In this document: positions 10,468 through 18,823 of the stretch, one piece after another
How positions within the stretch are numbered: the first letter of the stretch is position 1
Layout: the number at the start of each line of letters is the position of its first letter
Notes under the pieces: model-generated
Told to the model about the DNA's origin: nothing
Databases searched by the model: none
The model's input: the letters and a program-made list of their open reading frames with translations, nothing else
Made by a program: the position numbers and the translations under genes
NCBI GenBank assembly: GCA_012729535.1
Contig: JAAYCY010000063.1
Location: forward strand, 1 to 40,000
Length of the DNA stretch: 40,000 nt
Direction of reading: 5' to 3'
From: Methanomicrobiales archaeon
Lineage (GTDB): Archaea; Halobacteriota; Methanomicrobia; Methanomicrobiales; Methanospirillaceae

Positions 10468-11923
10468 CCTGCACCTCCACGGTGGGGAGAATCTGGCTAA
10501 TCAGATCTTTCCAGACCGGACGACACCGGATAGTAAAATGTGAATCAGGGTTTGTCTCCATGAGTCGGGCAATACCGATACATCCGGTTCTAATCATCTC
10601 CTCGTCAAAATCAGGAATCTCACTCTGTCCGATGGGAAATGTTTCGGTCAGTTCTGCAGGGAAAGGACCGAATGGGGGCTTAAAGTAAAATACAGAATCA
10701 AATCCTTCGGTCTGTTTCTTCCTGATATGCCGGCTGAAACTGATGAGGGTCCGTTCTCCGGCCGTAAGCCGCCCGACCATCTGGTGATATCGGAGCACCT
10801 CGGTCCTTTTACAGCTCTCATCTCCCCGGTAAAAGAACCGGCGTTTTGTTTCCCGGTCTAGAGCGGTGAGTTCTTCATTATACCCAAGCAGGGCACGGTA
10901 TCCCCGAAGCAGAGCAGGATGAGAACGACACCGTTCATCCACCAGTTCCCAGAGGACTCCATCACGAATTGCCTGTCTGACCCGGTTGATTTCGGCAAGG
11001 GAGACCCGCAGGTTATGCATGGCAAGGAGTCGTTCCCGGTCAGGTGATTCGTTCAGTTCCTTCGCCGTATGGCCGACACAGACCGGACAGGGACAGGGAA
11101 GGTAGGAGAGTTCATTCAGGTGATAACTTCCATGGGTGGTCATGTACCGTCCGTCCTTGGCATAGAGGGCATAGGCAGCAGAATCAAAGAGATCGCATCC
11201 CATCGCAACTGCAAGGGCAAACATAGACGGATGACCTGCTCCAAAAAGATGGACACAGACGGCAGGAGACAGACCCCGTTTTGCTGCCATCACGACCTTT
11301 ACGAGTTCAGCATACCGGTAGGCTTCCATGAGGGGAACAACAGCACCTATGGGACAGAACCGAAATCCTGCCTCGGAGAGTTTTCGCCCGGTTTCTTCAC
11401 GAAGGTCAGGAAAAAGACCACCCTGAACCGGTCCGGCAAGTGTGTGGTGCTCGTGGTCCGCAATCTCTTTCGCCTCCATGATCCGGTCCATCGTAACCGA
11501 GAGTTCCTGTTCCACCTGCTCCCGGGGAGAATCCGGATGGGTAGGAATATCAAGCGGGACGATGATGTCAGATTTTATTGCCTGCTGGAATGCAATGGTC
11601 TGGGCATTGGTAATCTCAACCTCCCCATAAACCGAGAGCTGAAAAGACCCAGAATCGGTCATGATGACGCCATCAAAGTCCAGGGTCTTTGCAAGACCAT
11701 CAGAGAGGGCACGCTCACGATACTCTTCTGACCGTGAGAAGATATATGCATTGGTGATGACCGCTTCAACGCCCATCTCCTGCATCTCTTTTGGGGTTAT
11801 CAGGTTCAGATGGGGATTGATAACCGGAAGAAGGGTCGGGGTTTTGACAGTCTTGCCTTGTCCGGAGAGTTTTCCGATTCGTCCGGCTATGTCTTTTTCT
11901 AAAATTTCAAAGGAGAGGGTCAT
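10454..11923 (-). CDS. tgtA: tRNA-guanine(15) transglycosylase (archaeosine TGT)
   Basis: 489 aa. TGT TIM-barrel motifs ([10 protein letters not shown] and LFGAGHP) and the Zn site [11 protein letters not shown]. Appears to lack the C-terminal PUA domain, judged by length and sequence. Confidence 0.92.
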   Translation of the reverse strand: MTLSFEILEKDIAGRIGKLSGQGKTVKTPTLLPVINPHLNLITPKEMQEMGVEAVITNAYIFSRSEEYRERALSDGLAKTLDFDGVIMTDSGSFQLSVYGEVEITNAQTIAFQQAIKSDIIVPLDIPTHPDSPREQVEQELSVTMDRIMEAKEIADHEHHTLAGPVQGGLFPDLREETGRKLSEAGFRFCPIGAVVPLMEAYRYAELVKVVMAAKRGLSPAVCVHLFGAGHPSMFALAVAMGCDLFDSAAYALYAKDGRYMTTHGSYHLNELSYLPCPCPVCVGHTAKELNESPDRERLLAMHNLRVSLAEINRVRQAIRDGVLWELVDERCRSHPALLRGYRALLGYNEELTALDRETKRRFFYRGDESCKRTEVLRYHQMVGRLTAGERTLISFSRHIRKKQTEGFDSVFYFKPPFGPFPAELTETFPIGQSEIPDFDEEMIRTGCIGIARLMETNPDSHFTIRCRPVWKDLISQILPTVEVQDEGS

Positions 11924-12096
11924 ATATGAAAATTTTTTGCCATTATTAGTAGTCTCCAGATTATGCTCGCGATCGCCAGGGTTGAATAGTATTTGTAATC
12001 TAAACGATCAGGTACGTATTATTTGTGAGGGTTCACTGATTGGTTTTTCGGAGAGGGGAGTGGGAATATTTATTAATGGGAAACAGAATTCGTTTC

Positions 12097-12120
12097 ATAG
12101 AAATATGTCGAAATTTCTAT
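12097..12120. promoter_or_regulatory. Inverted repeat ATAGAAAT-N8-ATTTCTAT in the tgtA/MCP divergent intergenic region
   Basis: Perfect 8-bp arms at 12097-12104 and 12113-12120, about 150 bp upstream of the MCP start. The function is unknown. Confidence 0.25.
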
Positions 12121-12270
12121 TTAAAATTGATTCAGGTCTTATATATCTGATATACTTCAGGCAACATCTGAACTAACAGATATCTTTTTACACTTTATCA
12201 TCCTATAGCCAAATATCTCGATATTCACAACCGGACATATCGTTTTTGCTTCGTGTGACATTGAGGATGT

Positions 12271-14517
12271 ATGAACGTGGAATGGACACTTCGAAACAAA
12301 CTTCTCACCGTAATGATGGTAATTTCTCTCATTCCTCTGGGAATTATCGGGTTCATATCATTAAACGAGATCCAGAACCTGGGCACTCTGTCAGCAAACC
12401 AGACGACCCTCGTGGGCGAACAGTCCTTACAAGAGGCAACCGAGGCGCTGAACAACCTTGGGGAAGAGATGATTCAGCGGATTGCACAGGATGTAAGAAC
12501 ACAGGTGGATATTTACCTGGCTGCACATCCTGACAAAACAATTGCAGACTTACAAAAAGATCCGGCATTCAAAGAAATTATCGTTCAGTCTGTTGGTGAC
12601 ACCGGTTACACAACTGCAATGGATAGTGCCACATTAATTAATCGGTTTCATAAAAATGAGAAAAATGTCGGAACAGACTATCACACCATGGAGTCCTCCA
12701 ATCCTGACTTTTACAAGATTCTTATTCAGGGAGAGGGAACCAAGGATTCATCAGGTTACTACCTATGGAAGGATGCAGACGGAGAGATGAGACCAAAATA
12801 TGGATATTACACATGCACTACCAGAAAAACCGCGGATGGCGTAATCCTTCGAATCGGAGCGACAACATACATACATGAGTTCTCAGCCCCTGTTCAAAAT
12901 ACCGGTCTGAAAATCCGGGAGAGCATCAACCAGACTACATCAGACATCCAGTCACAGATAACAAATGTGATGGGTTTCCTCCTTGGGAGTTTCATCCTTA
13001 CTGTTCTTGTGATTCTCGTGATTGGGTTTTATTTTGCACGCTCAATCAGTAATCCGATTCAGACGATTACAGGATATGCCGGCCAGGTAAGCAAAGGAGA
13101 GATGATACCTATTGATGAGACCGATTCTGACATTCAGGAGATCAGAAACCTGAACATGGCATTTAGTGAAATGCAGCAATTTCTTTCAGGTAAAACAGAA
13201 TCAGCATCTGAAATTGCCAAAGGAAATCTTCAGGTACACATTCCGGTTATGAGCGAACATGATATCCTGGGCAATGCGATGGTAACTATGCGGACAGGTA
13301 TTGCTGATATGACCGCAGATCTGACTAAATTAACAACCATGGCAGCATCCGGCAACCTGTCCGCCCGTGTTGACCCGGAGAAGTATCAGGGAGAGTTCAG
13401 AAATATCATGACACAGGTGAACGATCTCATGAAAGCGATAATAAAACCAATTGATGAGACTATCAGGTTGTCTGGAAGATATGCAGATAATGTGTTCATC
13501 GATCGATTTGATGAATCTCTCCATGTTCAGGGTGATTTCATCAGATTAAAGGATTCACTCAACAATGTGGGCAATCAGATATCAAGCACCGTCTCTCTCA
13601 TAATGACAGATGTGAAGACACTCAATGCTGGTGCTCTCGAAGCGGATGCGAATATCAGGTCAATTGCATCAGGATCTGAAGAGGTTACCCAAAACAGCAG
13701 ATTAGTCGATGAATATGCCCGTGAAGGGGAGAAGAGTGTTGCTGATGTACTCAGAACGGTTGAAGACTTCTCAGTAGCTGTCAGTGACATATCAGTAAAA
13801 GCTGAGCAGGTGTCCGGTCTTGCTGCTGATGCCAATGCCCTTTCAACAAAAGGAGAAAACCTTGCACGAGGTGCTGAGAGTGGAATGGCGGGAATCAAGC
13901 ATTCCGCAGAGGATCTGAACGTAATGATTCAGACTATCCGAAACCAGATGAAAGAGATTGGACACATTGTGACCATCATCACCGACATTGCAGATCAGAC
14001 AAATCTTCTTGCTCTGAATGCTGCAATTGAGGCAGCCCGGGCTGGGGACGCAGGACGTGGATTCGCTGTTGTGGCAGGAGAAGTAAAAGATCTGGCGAAC
14101 CAGTCACGATTATCAGCAGAAAATATTGGTGATATGATATCAGTACTCGATAAACAGTCAGAAGATGCCGCACAGATGATGGAGGAGGCAAACCTGCAGG
14201 TGAATGGAGGCATTCAATCTGTTTCAGATACCTTGGAAGTATTTAAAGAAATTGTAGTCTCAATGGATGAGATAAACAGAAGAATTTCAGATGTTGCAGC
14301 CTCATCAGAAGAACAGGCAGCTTCTGTTCAGGAGATTACTGCAATTATAAACGAGGTTCTCGCCGGTATCCGCCAGACCGCTGTCCAGGCAGATAAAAAT
14401 ACCCGGATCACTGCGGAAATGTCAGCAGCAATAACACAGATGGTACACATAACCGAGTCAGTGAGTAAAATCGCGGAAAGTCTGACCGAAGAGATTGACC
14501 AGTTTAAGGTCAGCTAA
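12271..14517 (+). CDS. Methyl-accepting chemotaxis protein (two TM helices, extracytoplasmic sensor domain, HAMP, MCP signalling domain)
   Basis: 748 aa. TM1 at about aa 10-30 and TM2 at about aa 233-255, followed by a HAMP-like segment. Canonical signalling hairpin [44 protein letters not shown] lies 9 nt upstream of the ATG. Confidence 0.92.
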   Translation: MNVEWTLRNKLLTVMMVISLIPLGIIGFISLNEIQNLGTLSANQTTLVGEQSLQEATEALNNLGEEMIQRIAQDVRTQVDIYLAAHPDKTIADLQKDPAFKEIIVQSVGDTGYTTAMDSATLINRFHKNEKNVGTDYHTMESSNPDFYKILIQGEGTKDSSGYYLWKDADGEMRPKYGYYTCTTRKTADGVILRIGATTYIHEFSAPVQNTGLKIRESINQTTSDIQSQITNVMGFLLGSFILTVLVILVIGFYFARSISNPIQTITGYAGQVSKGEMIPIDETDSDIQEIRNLNMAFSEMQQFLSGKTESASEIAKGNLQVHIPVMSEHDILGNAMVTMRTGIADMTADLTKLTTMAASGNLSARVDPEKYQGEFRNIMTQVNDLMKAIIKPIDETIRLSGRYADNVFIDRFDESLHVQGDFIRLKDSLNNVGNQISSTVSLIMTDVKTLNAGALEADANIRSIASGSEEVTQNSRLVDEYAREGEKSVADVLRTVEDFSVAVSDISVKAEQVSGLAADANALSTKGENLARGAESGMAGIKHSAEDLNVMIQTIRNQMKEIGHIVTIITDIADQTNLLALNAAIEAARAGDAGRGFAVVAGEVKDLANQSRLSAENIGDMISVLDKQSEDAAQMMEEANLQVNGGIQSVSDTLEVFKEIVVSMDEINRRISDVAASSEEQAASVQEITAIINEVLAGIRQTAVQADKNTRITAEMSAAITQMVHITESVSKIAESLTEEIDQFKVS

Positions 14518-14518
14518 C

Positions 14519-14544
14519 TTTTTATTTTTCATTGAAAATTTTTT
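14519..14544 (+). terminator. Cluster of oligo-T tracts after the MCP stop
   Basis: TAA at 14515-14517 is followed by T5 (14519-14523), T5 (14525-14529) and T6 (14539-14544). Confidence 0.45.
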
Positions 14545-14714
14545 CCCGTTTTATTCATCAGAGAGACAAAAGATGGCTTTTGCACGAAGGCATTTTTTTC
14601 CTTTTCACCCCTCCAGCCTCTCTCAGGGATTCACTCCTAAACATTACGTTTATCATACACGTTTTTCCCCCTGTTTCGCAATATTGATGTTTATGCCCGA
14701 ATAACGTATGTTCA

Positions 14715-16397
14715 ATGTTTATTACCGCATTTCTCATCATCTTTACGATAGAGAGCGGTATCATTCTCTTATATCTGGCCAGTCTTGTGTACCGGCGGAA
14801 ACATATTTTAGGTCAGTCTTACTTCTGGATTATCCTCTTCCTCATGGGACTTATTTGTATAACCATCGGATTATATAACACCAAAGAGGTTTTTCCCACA
14901 TTTTTACCAGACCCGGTATTGTCATTCCTTATGTTTTTCATGATTTTCCTGGGTCACCTGGTCACAACCTTCTGGTTTCTTTTCTGTCTGCGGTATTCTG
15001 GACGAACGATGTACCTGACCAAGCATATACTCACATTTCTGCTGGCATATACGGTCATTGGAAACCTGGTTTTTCAAGCTATAGTCCAGTATGGTATGAG
15101 TAGCGGATATCCTGTGATTGATACGATGTTATGGTTCATCGGATACTCTGCATTCATAAAATGCCCGATACTCTTTCTCTGGGGTATTGGATTACTTATC
15201 CTCACATACCGGACCATATCTGAGAAGTTCAGACACCAGGTCATTGTTCTTGTAGGAGGGGCCTGCCTTGTCGTTTTGATGGTAACTTTTTTTGATAGCG
15301 GAATACTACCCTCTATCAATCCGGTCGGGATGCAATTTGCGATTACAGGATATATTTTTGCATATGGCATTCTCTATTATGATCTGCTGACTTTTTCGCC
15401 GGTATTCAGGGAGAAATTTTTTGGGGTTGTTGAATCTGGACTTATAGTTCTAAATAAGAATATTCAGATCCTGGATATGAATTCATCCGCTGAAGGCCTC
15501 CTCCATGTTCAGCTCAAAGATGTTTTTGGAAAAAAGCCGTCTGAAACTGACATTCCTGATGAGTTCAGGGAGATCTTTTGTCAACCGGAGAAGATACTCA
15601 CCTCTTCCCATGTTTGTGTACCTGGTCATGAGGAGGTCCGGTGGTACAATGTTTCCATGCAGCATGACCGGAATGATCTGGGAAATGAAGAAGTATTTCT
15701 TTTGATTGTCACTGATATTACGCATAATATTACTCTTGAAAAAGAGATTTCAAAAGCACATGAGGAACTTGTTGCAGAGAGGGAGAAGAAGAAACGGGAA
15801 TGGATGTACCGGGAATTTTTCAGATCTCACCGGGATGCAATACTCATCATCTCAAATGGTCTTGTTATTGATTGTAATCCGGTTGCTGAACAGTTGTTTG
15901 GAAAAAATAGAGAGGAGATTATCGGGAATAATCCTGTCATCTTGTCTGCTCCATCAGGAGGGAGTGTTGATATTGTTCCTGATAAATTACATTATCTCAT
16001 TTCAAAGGCTGCTTCAGGAGAATTAGTGGATTTTCCCTGGGTATTTTTATCCAGGGGAAGAGAGATAGAGACTGAAGTCAGGTTAAACCGGCTTACTTTC
16101 CATAATCAATTCCTGGTTGAGATGAGTATCCGGGATATGTCCGGCGTGTATGAAACACAGTTAAAAATTCAAACTGAAAATGAAGACTTAAAGAATATTC
16201 TTGCACGTGAGATGGATCTCTGGAGCCAGGTAGAGCGGATACTCCATACAAATCCTCTCGTAGTTGCCGGTGATGAAGAACACGAGGTAAAAGATCTCGT
16301 GGAGATGGCACGGCAGAATTTACAACCCGTTATTGAATCGTCAGGAGACACGAGCCAGGAGGTTCTGATTCCGATTCCCGGTCCAATAGTATCATAG
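14715..16397 (+). CDS. Membrane sensor with an N-terminal 7TM domain (histidine-kinase N-terminal 7TM type) and PAS domains, but no recognisable kinase or other output domain
   Basis: 560 aa. About 7 hydrophobic helices in the first 225 aa or so. PAS-like blocks follow (GLIVLNKNIQILDMNSSAEGLL... and DAILIISNGLVIDCNPVAEQLFGKNREEIIGN...). No HATPase N/G1/G2 boxes were seen. Confidence 0.7.
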   Translation: MFITAFLIIFTIESGIILLYLASLVYRRKHILGQSYFWIILFLMGLICITIGLYNTKEVFPTFLPDPVLSFLMFFMIFLGHLVTTFWFLFCLRYSGRTMYLTKHILTFLLAYTVIGNLVFQAIVQYGMSSGYPVIDTMLWFIGYSAFIKCPILFLWGIGLLILTYRTISEKFRHQVIVLVGGACLVVLMVTFFDSGILPSINPVGMQFAITGYIFAYGILYYDLLTFSPVFREKFFGVVESGLIVLNKNIQILDMNSSAEGLLHVQLKDVFGKKPSETDIPDEFREIFCQPEKILTSSHVCVPGHEEVRWYNVSMQHDRNDLGNEEVFLLIVTDITHNITLEKEISKAHEELVAEREKKKREWMYREFFRSHRDAILIISNGLVIDCNPVAEQLFGKNREEIIGNNPVILSAPSGGSVDIVPDKLHYLISKAASGELVDFPWVFLSRGREIETEVRLNRLTFHNQFLVEMSIRDMSGVYETQLKIQTENEDLKNILAREMDLWSQVERILHTNPLVVAGDEEHEVKDLVEMARQNLQPVIESSGDTSQEVLIPIPGPIVS

Positions 16398-16432
16398 AAA
16401 TAAATGAAAATGTGATCTCCTGATTTTGCAGA

Positions 16433-18019
16433 TTAAGGGATTAATCCGGTGCCGGGGATGAAAACCCCGGATTTTTTGAGAGAGAGCCCGTACTGGATCA
16501 GGGGGGCCGGGTGTTTTTCACCGGCGAATAAGCAGTAGGCGGTGTTATGGACGAGTTCTGGTCTGATAAGAAACCAATGGATCTTTTTATCCCCGGATTC
16601 CTGGATGAAGGTGCTGGCAGGCAGGGTACTGGATATTTCTTCTCCGTTTATCAGCTTCCTGAATGGTATGGTAAGTGATGACGGGAGTATTGCCTCTATT
16701 GCTGATCTGTCCATAAGGATCTCTTCCGTGATGCCATATTCAGTACAGGCAGTTTTGTTGGCTGATACCAGGATTCCTTCCGGGGTTGTGACGATGAGTG
16801 ATATATCCCTGGTGTACAGTACTACTCCCAGTATTGACCGGAGGTATTCTGCTTCAGTTCTGTGATGATTGTTCTCCTCGTTTTTCTCAGATAAGAGACG
16901 GTACATGTCACTATAATTTTTCTTGAACTCTGATTCTTTCTGTTTTATCTCTTCAGCAGTGGTGTAATGCCCGGTCAGGAGGTTTAATAGTCCTGAAATT
17001 CTCTGCAACAGATCTAAATAGAGGTCAGGATGCAGGGTATCGTTCAGGACGCCGATTCCCAATACTCCGGTCAGGGAGTTCTTTGTGAAAAGGCTCTGGA
17101 GCGAGAGGAATGATACTCCGGTTTTGGTGCACAGTTCTTTGATGGTCTGTGGGATCAGGGTGTTTTTGAGGATATCTGATGTACCGGAGTATAAACAGAG
17201 GGGGTCCCGGTTTTTATGCCGGATGAGGTCGAGGTCAGATATGAATGTTCCTGTATCCTGAGTGAGAGGGATGGGATTCTTCTCCTGGGGCTTTTGGTAC
17301 TGATCGGGGAGAAGGATGGCCCCGGACGTGCAGGTTTTTTCCGGTTCCCGAACATGGAGGGTAAAGATGAGCGTATCTGAGAGCTCTGTATGGATTATTG
17401 CTGCTGCCCGGTCAAGTGCATCTGTTCCGGTCTGTTTTCTCATGATTTCAGGAAGAGATGCGGTCAGTTCGATGATGGTGTTTTGAATCCGGGTCTGTTC
17501 CTGAACCTGTTCACAGGTTTTCTGATCCGGGTGCAGGATGAGGATGAGGAGCGGGCCGTTTATGGCGGACGTTATTCTGATGGTCGTGCATACGGGGGTT
17601 TCATGTTCATCGGCCCAGGTTTTTTCTCCGTCATTTCCCGTTTTCAGTTCCTGTTTCAGGGCCTCAGTGAGTTCGGGGTTTGAGGATAGAAACGGTATTC
17701 TGTCTGGTATGGTGCTTCCCGTTTTGGTGTATCCATTATTTGATCCGATTATCTGGAACGGCTGACCGATGATAAGGGCAGGGTCAGGGATTTTTTCAAT
17801 GAGCTGGTGAATCCCTGATTGTTCGATAAATGTAAATATTTTGGATGATCCCTGCTGATACCGGATGAGTATCTTTTCTTTTTCCAGGTCATCCGCAATT
17901 ATTGCTGATTTGTTCCGGTTCAGTCCGCTTTTCCGGGCGAGGTCAGAGATTGACAGGCCACCAGGGTGTTGTCTGAAGGTTTCGAGGATTAATTTTCGGT
18001 CTTCTGGAGTGATGAGCAT
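16433..18019 (-). CDS. Putative transcriptional regulator/sensor: N-terminal winged-HTH, then GAF/PAS-like regions and a C-terminal PAS domain
   Basis: 528 aa. The N-terminus LILETFRQHPGGLSISDLARKSGLNRNKSAIIADDLEKEKIL looks like a wHTH. The C-terminal segment ISLIVTTPEGILVSANKTACTEYGITEEILMDRS looks like PAS. Convergent with the 7TM-PAS gene, with a 35-bp gap. Confidence 0.6.
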   Translation of the reverse strand: MLITPEDRKLILETFRQHPGGLSISDLARKSGLNRNKSAIIADDLEKEKILIRYQQGSSKIFTFIEQSGIHQLIEKIPDPALIIGQPFQIIGSNNGYTKTGSTIPDRIPFLSSNPELTEALKQELKTGNDGEKTWADEHETPVCTTIRITSAINGPLLILILHPDQKTCEQVQEQTRIQNTIIELTASLPEIMRKQTGTDALDRAAAIIHTELSDTLIFTLHVREPEKTCTSGAILLPDQYQKPQEKNPIPLTQDTGTFISDLDLIRHKNRDPLCLYSGTSDILKNTLIPQTIKELCTKTGVSFLSLQSLFTKNSLTGVLGIGVLNDTLHPDLYLDLLQRISGLLNLLTGHYTTAEEIKQKESEFKKNYSDMYRLLSEKNEENNHHRTEAEYLRSILGVVLYTRDISLIVTTPEGILVSANKTACTEYGITEEILMDRSAIEAILPSSLTIPFRKLINGEEISSTLPASTFIQESGDKKIHWFLIRPELVHNTAYCLFAGEKHPAPLIQYGLSLKKSGVFIPGTGLIP

Positions 18020-18588
18020 GTGTGTAAGCGGTCAGGATTTTTTCTGCTGGTTTTCTTCTGGTACCTGTTGTCGGGTTTCATGAGGAGTGCGCCGGGTGGG
18101 ACATCCGACCTCCGCTCTACAGAAAATGACGGTGATGTATCGGTTTTTGCTCACCTGTGCAACCTTCCTGATGTAAGAAGTATGCACATTTTCTGTCTTT
18201 TTCAGTTTCGGGTTATATTAATTAATTATTTTTCAGGAGTACTTCGTATACGGTCTCCGCTCTGCACTTTTCCAGTTTTGTTTCTATATATTTTAAATTC
18301 TCTCATATTAGTACAGTTTAGATTGTACCCGGTGTCCCGATTTCAGCGAGAAAAAATGCATCATACAGGCTTTCATTTTAAGTTTTAAGGACACCTGTCG
18401 GAAATAAAATGCAGGGGGAGAAATGAGAGCCTTTCCTGGCTTTTTTTATGTCAGGTGAGACATATGTCGGATATATTGAATTTTTAACGATTTGTTTTAT
18501 TTTATTTTATTGAATGGATATATTCTATACAGTCGGATTTTTCGGAAGGTTTCCGGATTCAAAGCCAAAGTGTTATGCCTTTGCACCA

Positions 18589-18644
18589 GGAGACCCGGTG
18601 ATATGGACAAGAGGAGAGAGGGGTGTATGGACCGGCGGGTCTCC
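18589..18644 (+). other. GC-rich hairpin in the leader/intergenic region upstream of the surface-protein gene
   Basis: GGAGACCCG (18589-18597) is the perfect reverse complement of CGGGTCTCC (18636-18644), giving a 9-bp stem and a 38-nt loop. It sits in a GC-rich segment (about 18590-18815) that contrasts with the AT-rich 18150-18560. Confidence 0.3.
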
Positions 18645-18823
18645 GGTTCCCAGGGATTGCTATCAGATCTGCATGATTTGGAGGAGCGTGCTGTGATTGA
18701 AAAGAGTATGGTTTGTGAATCTCCGGATACCACGACGGGAACTACGGTCCGGATACCATTTACCGGTAAAACGGGCAGGATATCCAGAACCGGAATCCAA
18801 AGAAAAAGGATCTGGTGAGCACC

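Noticed and set aside
9283-11731. Several antisense ORFs of 60-220 aa inside arcS and tgtA (for example 9283-9786 and 11069-11731)
   Set aside because: Both minus-strand genes are confidently identified. The antisense peptides are R/G/S-rich with no recognisable features.
14573-14704. A small ORF (MAFARRHFFPFHPSS..., part of track ORF 14495-14704) between the MCP gene and the 7TM-PAS gene
   Set aside because: It has an aberrant F/H/P-rich composition and no SD, and it lies within the T-rich terminator/promoter region. It is most likely non-coding.
18070-18140. A GC-rich patch (GCGCCGGGTGGGACATCCGACCTCCGC) checked as a possible tRNA or small structured RNA
   Set aside because: I could not fold a cloverleaf. 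There is no GTTCRANYC-type T-loop, and no acceptor or anticodon stem arrangement on either strand.
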